NCBI GenBank assembly: GCA_040954595.2
Contig: CM082586.2
Location: 5,566,509 to 5,630,508 of the forward strand
Source of the DNA: Balanoglossus misakiensis
Taxonomy: Eukaryota; Animalia; Hemichordata
Length of the DNA: 64,000 nucleotides
Reading direction: 5' to 3'
The notes below the pieces were generated by a model, which was given only the letters and a program-made list of their open reading frames with translations, searched no databases and was not told the origin of the DNA. Shown one piece after another: positions 50,452 to 64,000 of this stretch; position 1 is the first letter of the stretch; every line of letters begins with the position of its first letter. A program made the position numbers and the translations under genes.

Positions 50452-53400
50452 TAAGTCATTAGGCTAGTATTTTTTCGCGTAATTATATAAGTGCACATAC
50501 AGTTGAACTGCCAACGTTTCGATTTTTCGCATCTTTTCATCAAGTTTGAGATAAAAAAAATATTTAGTTTTCGATTTAGCTGGCTTAACGGTCAAAGGTC
50601 TGTACGCACTCTTATTAAACTGTGGTAAGGATATTAAAAAAGTGAATTATGAGTGCAATATTCCACTGCCATTCACTTTAAAAGATCTGTTCGATGAGTT
50701 ACTGGCACCAGATGCACTGAAGCCCATAAATTGATTTCGCAGACATTGACGCAGAAGTTATTTTATGGATCATTCGGTGGAACTGTCTGTCTTTTGGAGC
50801 GACAGTATATTAATGTTTATCGGCCGACCATATGTATACTATTTGATCCCACCGAATAAATAGATCTGCGCCCAACATTAATATTTTGTTAAAACTATCC
50901 CTACTACGTGTATATATGGGATAATGTATGGTCTGACATGGTACAAACGTTTTGGCCTATTCTGAGTTGGAACAATGAACTTTCTTAAAACCGCTTACAT
51001 TCCTAAAGTAATAAACACTAAAGCTACAACTTTAATAGCATGCTGCCCATTGGAATCACCCTTGAAACTGATATCTGCCGATAAGACATGATCATAATTC
51101 ACTGATTTCCAGACATCTTGTTTGTCTTGTTTTGGTCCATAAAAGGATACCGCCAGTACATTAATGTTTATACACCAGGGTAAATCTAGAAAACAGATGC
51201 AAGTCTCATCCAGTAATTAACAAATGTTCACCTGTACCTAGACGTCAAATGAAATTTCACTAAAACAATTAAGTTGTTAGTTCACAACTGTCACTACATG
51301 TCGAGGGATGTTGCACTTTGTCAGTATCTAATCATTTAACCACTTTCGAATGAAAGTATGGTACTAATCGAATAGTCGTGTACACTTATTACCTGAATAA
51401 CAAACCGAGCGAAAGAAAGGACGAACGAACGAAAGAAAGAAAGCTAAAATAGTGCCAGACATTACAACTACTGTTCCAATAGTTTGGTTAGTTTGTTTTG
51501 GTATTAATAATTGTTGCATGGTGTCCATTTCAAATATGGTTCAACGCTTTCCCGGCGATGATGGAAACACTAGAGTCTTATTATTTCTGATCGAATTACC
51601 ATATTAGCTGGTGAGCCAGTGCAAAGTCACATTGAGTGCTTTTACTGCACATGATTTGTCTTCAACCTGTTTGCAGTAAAACGCCTGTGGTAAAATAAAA
51701 AAAACACCGGAGGCGGAAGCAATAGAAAAGGCGCTATAAATCATAATTTATTTCCTGAAAACATTTGCTGAGAAAGAATGCTGGCCTGTGTGGTGTCGTT
51801 CTTGACATTTGCTGTATTTCAGGAAGTTAGGCAGTGAAGTAATTTCTATCACGAGTTGTAATTGAAGTAATTGTTAATGGAGAGATGTGTACTGAGTATA
51901 AATTACACAGACGCTTGACAAATTTCCATTATGTGCGATTATTAAAACCTATTAACATACAGAGAGAAGGGGGGCACACAGAGAGGCAGATATATACAGT
52001 GTACTAGGGCTGTTTCGACATGATCGGTGTATTACTGGTCAGTTTCGAACCTATACTTGTCAGACACTGTTATATTGATACTGCGTTGTGATGTGCAATT
52101 TTGACATCACCTTTACTTAACGCATTTTCTTTGTTCCGTGATTACTTTGGTCCCAATGAATATTTTTCTGTTTTTTTTTTTCACAATAAGACAAGGCCTA
52201 TAATGAATCGATATTACTAATGATAACGTATTACATCGTCGGCAATTAATTATCCAAGATGACTAATATGCCCCCCGAGTGCAGCTTATTAGCCGAAGAT
52301 TCTAGTCGAATCCTTTCAATTTGCTTAATTTCTTCATTAAAATGCAAAATTAACATGGACAGCATTTCAAGTGGAACGAATTCGATCAATACTCCGTTTC
52401 GACATATGCTCCTCAGTTCTGCTGATACGTCATCACAAACTTTAAGGCGTCATAATTTCCCCATTTTCTATGATTCTAAAACTAGTTAAAATTCAATTCA
52501 ATTATGGATCACTGCAGATGACGGAGGAGTTCAGAGATTCGATTGTATATTTTTTATTGTCAAGTGGTTGTTAGATTAAGTGAAATGATATCAGTAAAAC
52601 AAACGACATTATAGCTTTTCATTAGTACCATATGGTCATTACTTGTCTGATACTTAAGATTTCACACATACAATAATGTTCATTTCGCTTAGACTTCTAT
52701 CGGGAACAAGGATACTAAATATTACTCGGTACTTTATGCATGTGTCGGTCTGTTATTGTGGTAACTATAAAAAAAATCCGATAAAGTAAGTTTCCATTTT
52801 TAAATTATATATATTTCTGTTCGCTGGATTATATTCAAGTATTTGTCATCAGGATTCGATTTGCGTGTACAATCACCTTGTCTCATAAATAGTTCTGGTG
52901 GAAATGCGAGCTTCTTTTTTGAAAAACTGCGTTAGTACAGAATAGTAATGCAGCTCCTCTGTTATAGTCAATTGTAAACACATACCAGTAAATGTACCTT
53001 TCGGCGTTTAATTAGCAAAAAAATATCTCCATGTAATACGTGCTATGCATTGGTTATGAACCGAGTCGCTTGTACATGTATCAGCTATAGCGTTTCGATA
53101 TTCTGTTGCAAGCTTCGACTGGACTAATTAATCAACATTCGCGGAAAATCAGCCGGGGTATCGATATTTTAATTTTAAGAATTCATGTTTCGTAATTAGC
53201 TTCAAATTAATTGACAGGCAGATGAGTTTTCATAATAAACGTGCCCATCAAGTGGTGATTGCGCGCTGTCCCCTGAGAAAGAAAAATTGATGATCATGTA
53301 GTCGTATACAAATAAGGAGCACAAAAAAATAAGACATGCAAGATAATTTACTCGTATACTTTTTACTGGGTTGTATTTTGTTCATGTTTTGCGTGGAAGT

Positions 53401-56400
53401 GATACATTTTAGTCGTAAATATAATTTCTTCTGGGCAAATGTAATCTCAATACACATTGTGCATCTGGCTACAACGTTCAGGCAGATACATAGGAAACGT
53501 TTAGATTAGTCCATCAAAAAACCAAAGCACATACGACTTCAGATGCACCATTGAAGGTTGTGTGTATACTGACGATTTCCAGTTTTACTGCTGACCATAA
53601 ACGTTTAAAATATTAAATCCGTAGGCCCCAAATGAAAACTATACCACCAAATTGTTATTATTCAACCTTCAGGGTATAATATTAAAGTAATTCGATTATT
53701 TATGTGTAAATATGATCAACCTGGAATCCATGGATATTTCTAGCAGTAGCTTAATCGTGCATTATTTTGCGTTAGCGCGAACACAGACTTGTACTATTAT
53801 GTAACATCAACTCACTATTGAACGGATGATTCTTCATTTTGCACGAAGTTAATTTTTGCTAAACTCGGAATCTGCCAAATCTGGTCGACGAACACTGGTC
53901 ATGTGATCACACGATTAGCATAAGTAGCTGTTACAAAGTGCACTGGGTGGAGATTGGTAATCGCAACGCCACTCCTCGAACAGCGAGCAACGCATTTGGT
54001 TACGGACGTGTTTTACCTCAAAAGGTTATCAGGAAAACCTGCAGTTCTAAATCGGACATCCTTGTATAACCTACTGCGTTATTGAAAAAAAAAACGTTTT
54101 GATCTATAAACGCGTACAAGAATATATCTAATGTTAATCAACGAAAGCGTTTGCCTTCTCCTCTGCGCAGTTTGAGCTTTTGGTAACTCGTTGTCTGTAC
54201 CTCCAGTACGACTTTCGGTAAGTACATGTAGTCTGTCTACGCAGCCGTGGTTTAATCAATTTATTTGTAACACTATTCTCTTGAGATCGCAAACACTTGT
54301 TTCTATCATTTGTTGTCCTGTAATATTATATTCTTGTTCGATGAGCGCATTTTATTCACATATATAGCAACTGTACACTACTCGATTCGCCACGATGGTC
54401 GATATTGTGACATATATACGCTTTCACTTATACTAAAGTTAATTGATGCTATTCTCAGATAAACCAGACGTATACCCATAATCGAAAGCTAATTAAAATT
54501 GAAACTAATTTCTACACCCATACTTTGGCTAATACGGTTTCATCACGCTCACAGCGGAGCCAGCAGGCGGACAGGTCTTTGATTCATTACTCGGGTGTGA
54601 CCGTCGTCCACTTTGGATCGACGTTCACCAGCGGGAGACTTGTAATAAACCGATGCGAAGATAAACTCTCGATATGTAGTTTGACTGGTTTTAGCTCTAA
54701 TATGGTGACGCGCACAGAGACATTTGTTAGCTGTTTATAATACTGCTGGAAATCAAATCCCCCTGTCAACTTCTTCTGCTTTGTTCGTCACAAGGCAAGG
54801 CCTGAATTTCAAAGGCAATCAAGCCAGTTAGAAAGTAAGAAACCCGACCTGCTATGTACGTATACCCTTTTTGCTCTCCGTGAACAGATAATGTCTGTCA
54901 CGTGTCACGTTGCCAATTAATCAGAACCCAACAAATTATCTAACTGCGTGTTCGTGTCACTGCAGTTGAAGCAATCACCAAAAGGCAATACAATGCGAGT
55001 TTACGCGTTGCATTTCTCTCCACACACGGAGGTATATTACCACGCCGTCATGCCGACTAACATAATACGTTTATAGCGTTACTAATACATGTATACTATT
55101 TCAGGGTCTTATGCGGTTGTCGGCCCGGTGAATATTTAGAGCTGACAGTATGTTGTTTGCGATAGCCCTGTACTCCAGAGATCCATTTGATGTCTTCTAT
55201 ACGGTGGATTGTCAATGCATTTCTTAATATTCATATACGTTGCACTTGTTATGAAAAAGAGGCGCATGTACCATCAGGTACTGCTAAATATGTGTAGAGC
55301 TGTTCCGTCACCAGTCCCGAACGGGAGGTACAGCGTGTGAAGTACATAAAACGGAAACCATGTTAACATGCTCAAAACCTGCTGCTCATATTCACAACTA
55401 TATACGCGCGTTTTGATGCATATCGACTATACATTCACTATTTATGAGTAATTCACATCCTTTCCCAAAGAAGTATGCCACTATAAATATTTTAGAAGTG
55501 CACTTGAAGGCTCAATAAATGGGAAAGGGGGGGGATATAATTGCATCTGCTAATGACAAATCTGTTATACTTATTTACTGACCATAAATTACGCGGGAAC
55601 TTAGAACGTTATTAGGCGATAATAGTGATTGCATACCTTTAACTTGAGGCATTTGCAAAGCATTCTGTTTCCATAATAAATCGCTGAAATCCGTACTGTG
55701 TTAAGCATATGAGTTTCGCATACTATAAAACAATCGAAAGCTTGACATATCCCATCATGAATGTATCGAATGATTATCTTAATGAAATATTCACAGGTTT
55801 CAGAATCGATTCAACGAGGCCAGGTTGCTTCCACATATACAGCAGAAGTTCTTTGTATACTTCTTCGAAACACAATTTCATCTGTAGGGTCGACGAGTCG
55901 CCACTGAACCAGCGTGAAGTGTTTTAGTTTTAAGTCGAAGTTTTCTTGATGGCATTAGGTGCCATGATTTTGGTAACGTTTTCAAAGACAACATAGTATA
56001 ACTATTGATTAACGCCAACCTGAAATGTTACTATCATCTCAAGTCAATAATCTGTGTATAGTTGCATATTCGATGAGTTTCTGTGTATTATTTCTGAATA
56101 TACTGTACCTACGAGAATCGAGTACACAAAAAACTGCTTTTAAAACACGGGAGCACTCACTCTCCTCTTGTAAAGTGAATAGTAGAATTTAATAAATGCA
56201 CGACGTTCTGGTGGCTCGTTTAAGAAAGTCGTCTGATCTGACGCGATGCGATCAGTTACGCTTGCCTTAAAGGGTGACCTTTACTCTAACATTAGGTTGT
56301 TATCCGGTGGGTGACCTTAGCGACACATTTACCAAAATGCTCTGCTAAGCTGTCATGTCAAGAACATAGCTTTGCAGAGACAGGGATGTTTTATCATATA

Positions 56401-58212
56401 TCACACAGACTTGTTATTATTTCTTAGTCAAAGCAATAAAAGAAAAAAAAACACTAACTATTCAAGAATAAAACACGTTTAATTTAAAAAATGGAACATC
56501 AAGTGATAACAGAAATATATTGAGGCACTTAAAATCAATATTAACTCTTCATCATATCCATAAAAGCGCATGTCATATGAAACAAAGCGATTAATCAAGA
56601 CGTAAGTGCTTTTTGTAGCGGTCGCCCGTCTTCAAACTGACAGGCAATTTACAGAATTATTTACAAACACCTTAGAGGCGTTTGCATATCTAGGAAAAAA
56701 TCTTCGAAATTCCTTATTTTGACAAACAATAAAATACTTAACAACTCTGAGTCATACCGTTAATGGTTGCCGTAAATATGATTGCAGAATGCATTAAAAA
56801 CGAGTTTTGACTCCAATAGAGCAGAAATACAACTTACCAGACAAGTTTGCGCGTGTACTCAACTTTAAAATGTCGAAAGTATCTGATAAATCATGTGAGG
56901 GTATGTCCCAAAAAGTAAACTTCAAAATAAATCCGAGAGAAATATATCACAAGATTTTAATGGTGGTAGACTTCCGCGAATTGTACCTAATAATACGTTC
57001 ACGTGCGTACTGTTCACAGATTTCATAAGCTTTGGAAGTTCCTTGGAGTGCGGGGCTCGTATCATCGCCGTAGGAGTGATTATTCGCGATTGATACCTCC
57101 AACTTCAAAGCCTACCTCAGCGTTTGAAAATATTGTATTTAATGTGTCAAACTATACTCCTTGACGTACCCAATACCCACCATTAAATACATGATCGTGT
57201 CTCTTTCAACGGGGTAACCTCAGTTTTGTTTTGATATTGCCATTATGACCAAAAATAGAACGATTAAAATATCTCCTGCCTTCACAGAATTATTCAATTG
57301 AGTAAAAGTAGCATTCAATTTCCGTAACATAATTAGCCGCTACAAAATGTTATGATGTCGCAGTTGCTAAATATGATAAATCGAGATAGCAATTTATTGC
57401 CTTAACCATTTTGGCGCCAAAATCACTTAGAGCTTACGCTGAAACGCTAATGAACGGCTCACGTTGGAGCGACCGAAAAGATCACAATACCGACGGGGTG
57501 AAAGGTCACGGAATGTAATAAAAATTGAAACTTGACAGCTACAGCTGCGACAGCTCATCCAACTATGAGCATCCTTATCAAAAGCGACAAGTGTCCTAAT
57601 CGAGTCAGTATTCACTAAGAATCACGAGTTTCTGTAGACTGCAGAGTGCCTCTTTTCTGATCATTGCCTTTTGTGATTATAATGAGGGAGGTGGGGGCGG
57701 GGGGTGGGGGCTTAGCTGCCTTGATTATTAGGTGAGGTCACACAGCTTTAGTACAACATCCCCGATGATGATGTACAATGTAGGTCCATGCACCAATACC
57801 CTGCCAAAAGCCACCTTCATCACCCCTAACCCTACATTTATTTTGGTATCACCCCATCATTCAACGGTATATACAATCGTCACCCCTTTGTGATATACAA
57901 AGTTCAAATTTTTTTGTTCTAGGATGAGTTAGAGTGAACTGTCTGACCGTTCTGGAGTTTACATCAATCAAAATGGTAAACTCATACCAAGAAAATGCCA
58001 GGATTTAAAGGTCACATAGGGGTCATGATGAAAGTGGCCTAATAGTTTACGCCGAGAACACGTCTAATTTTAAATCATTCCAAGAGCGTTAAGTAGACTT
58101 CAAGCGTTTCTGCATCAATTTTAACTCACAGATACAATCTTTGTATTCTATTTTGTGATTGCACCCTCTCATTTTCGCCCTCTATCGCCACACGGATGCT
58201 ACTCACACGTGA

Positions 58213-58462
58213 TAGACTATTTTCCGAACTTCACTAGACCTGCCAGATCTCGCTAGGCAGTTTATATGGAAGGACATTCTCATATGACACAGAACAAAAA
58301 ACACATGGCCCATTCTTGTTAAACGGCATAAAATTACAGTTTTTGTTCAACTCTGCGCCAATTCTGGTTCCCCACACATAGCATGGTTTGTATTACTTAA
58401 CTGGCAGCCCGTTGCTACGGCAATTATCCAAGTCTCGCGAAATCTCGCGATGAGCGGAAAAT
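58213..58462 (-). mobile_element. Family A repeat, near-full-length copy in reverse orientation
   Basis: Starts TAGACTATTTTCCG and ends GAGCGGAAAAT (terminal inverted ATTTTCCG/CGGAAAAT); reverse complement of 995-1223. Confidence 0.78.
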
Positions 58463-61400
58463 CATATATTCCCCAAACATGAAAATCATGCCATGCCCAT
58501 ATGATATGAGCGTGACATCGCATAAGGCGAAGAGTAGTAATCTAAGCATGACTAATGGCACAGGTGAACATGGTGTTTATCTAAGTATTAATTTATAAAC
58601 GAAAGTGATCAGAAAATGCCGATGTTGGAATTGTTTAATATTCTCATTCTGCTGAGTAGACATTTGATCCTGTCATTCTTGTATACTTACACGACAAATG
58701 TCGCCCTAAGGTTACATAGTATAGGAAATTTCGAATCACAGTACCGAACAGTTACTGCGTTGAAAATTTTATACTCATATGATTATTTTACTACTGCCAA
58801 AAAGCTATAAATGTCACGATATTGTATTTGGGCAAGTTTATACTAAAGGGAATAAGACACACATAATGTGTACATTAAGAACACTCTCTGTTGTTGAAAC
58901 ATAACATGGATCCATTTATTAATAGGTCAGGGTTCAAACCACACGGTTTATTTTTGAGGCTTTTTATCAGCTTGTCATATTTCCACAATACGAATACATT
59001 ACGAAATGCCAAAGCAAGACATGATCTGAATGATGAAAATGCACGGCCATGACGTCATTTAGTGAAGATGTCGTGTAGTGTCTGTGTACGTGTATGTATA
59101 CATACATGTGCGCGTGCGTGTGTGTGTGTTGACGTCTCTAAAAATGGCGGACCATGTTATATGCGTATAGTATTATTCACAAAATGCGGGCATGGTTATA
59201 CGAGACCAATACCTAGTCTACGAGAAATGTATGCCAATTAATTTTTTTATTTTGTCGGGATAGTCGTGTTAATGCATTTGCAACTTAATTATATTTTTAT
59301 GTCCATGTGCGTAAACTATATAAACGTCTCGTTGTAACAGATTTTATTGTATGTATCCGTGAGCACATTTTCAATTTGTGTATTTCAATTCAAATATTCA
59401 GAATGGTATCCTTCACGTACATTTAGCAAACGAAGAGGAGAAAGGGACCGTTTAAGTACCTTACTGAACTGTGAATGCAAACCAAACCAATGGTTGCCAT
59501 AATTTTGATTTATAGATGCCATTTGATTTCATTAGTTAATGAAATATTATTAGCTACAAAACACGACTATGTGCAGCAATTGGCCACTTTTTTCCAGAAC
59601 AATATTCTTGGATGTATGAAGAATTTGCCCAGGGTGATAAGCATCTGTCGGTCACTGATAATCCCTTGCGCAGTGTTTCAGCGGATTTCACGCCTTAAGC
59701 AGCTTCGACCATAATAAAATACACAGTATATGTATTCTAGGACGTCCATTACTATAACTCATATTGCTATTTCAATGTTTTAGGAGAAATGATATTGGCT
59801 GTGTAATTAGTATCCAATGATGTTACTGTTAATTATATTATATAGGTGTTGGTGTTCAGATTGCTAACCCGCAGCCAGAAAGATGGATATCACAAAATGA
59901 AACAGAATAAAAAGAAAACGCACTATACTGTTATATGTTACAATATCAACTTAATAATTAGGTGTGCCTGATTCTGTCATGCTATTTTGATGTACAATTT
60001 AACAACTCCAAGATCTAAAAATAAACTAAAGTGTTTTATTGTATTACTATTCATATGTCCAGAGACATGCGAGGATGCGTCTGATGTCTGATCCGGAGAT
60101 CATTTGAAAATGAAAAACTAGTTTAAGTTTTTTGTTGTCCGGTAGACGCACATACAGTTCAAGAATACATGATTTGTACTCTATGTTTACATATGTAGTT
60201 CAATCAAATTGAGTATTTAAATGACCTCAGCGTACAAGCGAAAAATAAACCTAAAAAAATTCAAAATGTTCTCTACTGGTAATGTTTGTTATAATGCGAA
60301 TAACATTTTACAACTTCAAAGCAACCGTCTGTAAAGAAGGCCAAGGGTAGTTCATGGCATTTCGCGAATTCAAAACAAACAAAACCATAATTTTAGATAT
60401 CACCGGAAGTGAGCAGCAGACGACATGTCATTTTAGACACAGGAAAATCCATACTCGACAGTTTATTCGTTTATCCCTGTGCATGCATGAGCGCGCCTGC
60501 GTAATAGACCGTGATCAGAAGCCAAGTAAATAACCATACATAATCTAATCTCGTTAGTCAACATTTTTGTTCCCATCCAGTAAGGAACATCGTACTCACC
60601 GTGGATAGCCTACATTTACAGTAGTACATTCCAAGTGATCGTCCGCAAGGCATTGCCCTATACATCAAATATTGTCTGCCCGTTTTTACAGCCTCCGCAG
60701 TGTGGGTGTTGAATTCTCGTCATTTCATCGGGTCGTCCACTTTGACCACGTCATTCACATGCGCAGAATACTTACGGTGGAGAATTCTCACGTTTTTTTC
60801 TCGCCAGGTCTAACCACGCGTAATTCTCGTTTGCCGAACACCCTTGACTGTATTGCGAGCATTGCCCGAGGAACAAGCCGACCGTTTGTTGTTGTTGGCT
60901 TCCGGAGTCGGATTACACACAACCAATATCGACGCGTGTTTCTCTCCTCCCTTCTGCCGTTTGCTGAAACCATACACTTCGTGTGCCGTACAACATGAGA
61001 ACGACGTGCATATTGTTACTGGGGCAGGTATTCTGGCTTCTATTTTGCAGTTTGACGTAAGTGAATCCAATTTTTGTAAATGAAAAAAATAATTTTTGAT
61101 TATTTTGGTGAGAGAAAGTTAATTATAGAATTTCGACCCCTTTTCCAAAAAATGTTCATGAAGTAATCCAGTGCAGCAGTCTCGGCCATGCCAACTTTGA
61201 CTGCCGTTTGCTATTACTGATATTATGGGCATTCTTAAACAGTAGTTCCACTCCCGTGAGATATTTCTGAGGAATATATCATACCTAACATATTCATCTA
61301 CAACTCTGGATCGCCTTTTCACTTTAACAATGTTTCCAATGGCTTGGGGGTACTTGATTGAGTGACAGCAAATCAGTACGTTAATATTTGCGGTGCACAT

Positions 61401-64000
61401 GCCTGTAATGGGTTTGATTAAAAAATAAACATTAATCGCCCAAACTATCTTAATTGGGGGAAATTTTGCCTTCATTTCGGAATGACAAGGCAAAATTTCC
61501 GACAAAAGTACACATTTTATGTATACCTGCCAGGGACAATGTTTGTTTGCACTTTCATTGTCATTTATTTCATGAGCCCTCTGGTGATCTAATAAGTAAG
61601 TGGAAAGCAATTTAGTCACATCGACCGCACCGGGGACAAGTCTATCCTGATAACAAGTTTGATCGAAAGCATTTATAAGCAAACGATAAATCCTGTTTTC
61701 ATTTTAAATACTATAAATTCGATCTGATGTCATTATATTTAGAATATTTTTTTCATAATTTTATAATTAGATCATTACTTTTCGCATTAGAACTCAATAT
61801 TCGGGGCCTGTTGTCAGTGTTGATATTCTGTTTAAACCTTAATTAATTAAGTAATTTTGAAAACTAGCTGCAAGTATTCCAAATACAGAATAATATTGAC
61901 TTAGTATAGCCATGGTATAGCATAGAATAGCTATTATTATAATTTGACCTTCTGACCTTAGCAAAAGTAATGTCTGTCAGTGTTCGATTCCTTTGTGTTC
62001 TATTAAAGGTCACTTGAACAGGAAAGTAACCCAAAATATGTTTAAACAACGCACTTTTCACAAAGATCAATATTTATGATATAATCTATTTCTAGTTTCC
62101 TAGCGTAGAATATCGCATAATGGTAACTCAACAAGCGGACATAGCCTTAGATTATACAGTCTCATGTAAAACTTAGGCAAAATTACCATGGCAAGTGTAG
62201 ATATAGCCAATGGCAGATTTTCACGCCATATATGGGCATATATAGATTAAATGTGATTGTAAAACTTTTTAGGGAAATACATGGCAAAAACAGCTTGATG
62301 AAGATTCTCATTTACTGATGGACTGAGTATTTAGGGCGATGATATGGTTAATTTAAGTGATCGTAAAAATCATAAAAAGACGAGAACATGTAAATACGCG
62401 GCATGGTCTATTGTTACTGACATATGTTTTATTCGTAAATTAGGTCGTAAAACTTAGTGCCATTGAAAAAAAAGAAGTATTTAATGTGTTCTCTATTATT
62501 TGTGAACCCATGTACCCGTGTTAATAGCCTGTTTGTAACTCGAAAATAGAACATTCGTGTTTGAATTCATAGACTTTTTTCAATTATATATTAATTATTG
62601 ATTTCTCAGTACCCGCCATACAAGAATGGCATCTGTTTCACTAACAGACAAGGAATTGTAATAGTTCGTAATTGTAATGTCCAACGTTGCCCTGAGCAAC
62701 AAAATATAAGAAAGGGTTTAAGACGTTGATTTTCGAGGCGCATGTAGTACGTTAAACACTGTCCTTGCATAAATTATGACGGCGTAAAATGCCACGCATG
62801 TTTTGGAAGCAATGTAGAAACGTTGATAACTATCTGCAAAATGAAGATAATCTCATCAGGTGTTTTAATGCGAGTTCACCCGAGGGAATCAAGGCGTTCA
62901 GACGGAAAATTGTCATTATCAGATTTTACCGACCGTCGTCGGCGTAACCCGTGTCCATTTCTGACATGCTGTTTTAAAAACGATCGAAGGAGTTCGCCTC
63001 TCTGACATAGCTAATGAAGCAAATTACGGCCGGTCTGGTCAGAACGCATTAGGGAGGGGCCAAGCGGCTAAATCGATTCAACAAGTGCCCTTTATTGAAT
63101 AAATCCTCGTTGTAGACAGTGTCTTTTCCAACACTGGCGGTATTTTCTCGGTAGTTCTTTATTCTCATGGGACAATCTGTATTCGCATATGAATTTCTCA
63201 TTTTGACTCATCAAATATACAGCGGAGAAAAGTTTTACTTGGACCAGGTGCAACAAGAATGAAAAATTAAATAAACATCCCTCGAAATTACGGAGAATTT
63301 GATCTTTCGCCATTTAAATCCTTGACACCACGACTATCAAAACAAGTGGGAAAAAAACTCCATTCGTCTTTTACCCCGGCCACTAGAGACACGGTGCCTA
63401 ATTGCTGAAAGGCTTGATTAATTGAAGCATATACAACAATTTGTTTAATTATGCAACGTGTCACACTGAAGAAAATGTCCCAAAGTAGTCCGAGTTGATA
63501 ACTTGTCGAGAGATTGATTAAAAAGTTTATTGATTTGACTCTCCTGGGATTTTATGGAGCAGTAATGTAGAAAACGATAGATTTCAATTCCAAGCCAATA
63601 CATTTATGCGTATTTGTCTCAATGTATTTTGTAATTTTTATGACAGCTACCTTGTAATGGCATTGATGCCGTGTTTTACAGCGAAATTATTAACGCCGTA
63701 TGAAGCATTATGGCAACCAAAATAATCCTTGTGCTACATTTTGTAACGAATTACAGCTTTTCATCTTTCAAAGGATTTGATATTTCAAATAGAACACTTT
63801 CATGGGATTAAGTAAACAAGGAAAATGTCTTCTGTTGATGAAATATGACAGCTATGTGTCAGTGTAGGACAATACAGTGATTCCATAACATTTCCTACAA
63901 CAAACATCTTAATTTTTAGATATGTAAGGTAATAATAGTACATAATATTGTGTGATGACTGTCCTTTTTCACAACATGGGACATCTGTGTGTCTGTCTGT

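Noticed and set aside
49422-50462. Long ORFs of MYVC/HTYI repeats (also at 5045-5373 and 41726-42337)
   Set aside because: Translations of (CATA)n microsatellites. Only the true exon 42349-42208 inside one of them is coding.
61119-61682. 187-aa minus-strand ORF
   Set aside because: Non-ATG start, no recognisable domain, composition like non-coding DNA. A homology search would be needed to rescue it.

Overview
Eukaryotic, intron-rich, AT-rich genomic DNA from an invertebrate animal. Frequent TACATGTA motifs, (CATA)n microsatellites and the gene content suggest a marine deuterostome such as a hemichordate, but this is inference only. The first ~44 kb is gene-dense. In order it holds: the 3' half of a DEG/ENaC channel (+), cathepsin B (-), a divergent PAR-type Cys-loop channel (+), a GNAT acetyltransferase with an intronless CDS (-), a divergent class A GPCR (-), a BTB protein (-), a complete non-autonomous LTR retroelement, a second Cys-loop channel with the same intron layout (+), and a tandem trio of O-fucosyltransferase-like genes (-). 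One of the trio has lost predicted active-site residues. A 62-bp minisatellite enclosed by inverted repeats and a duplicated terminal exon lie inside that cluster. The last ~20 kb has no recognisable CDS. Exons were assembled by eye from GT/AG boundaries and reading frames; no database search was run. I found no prokaryote-style novel system. The best leads are the fucosyltransferase cluster, the two orphan anion channels and the repeat elements.
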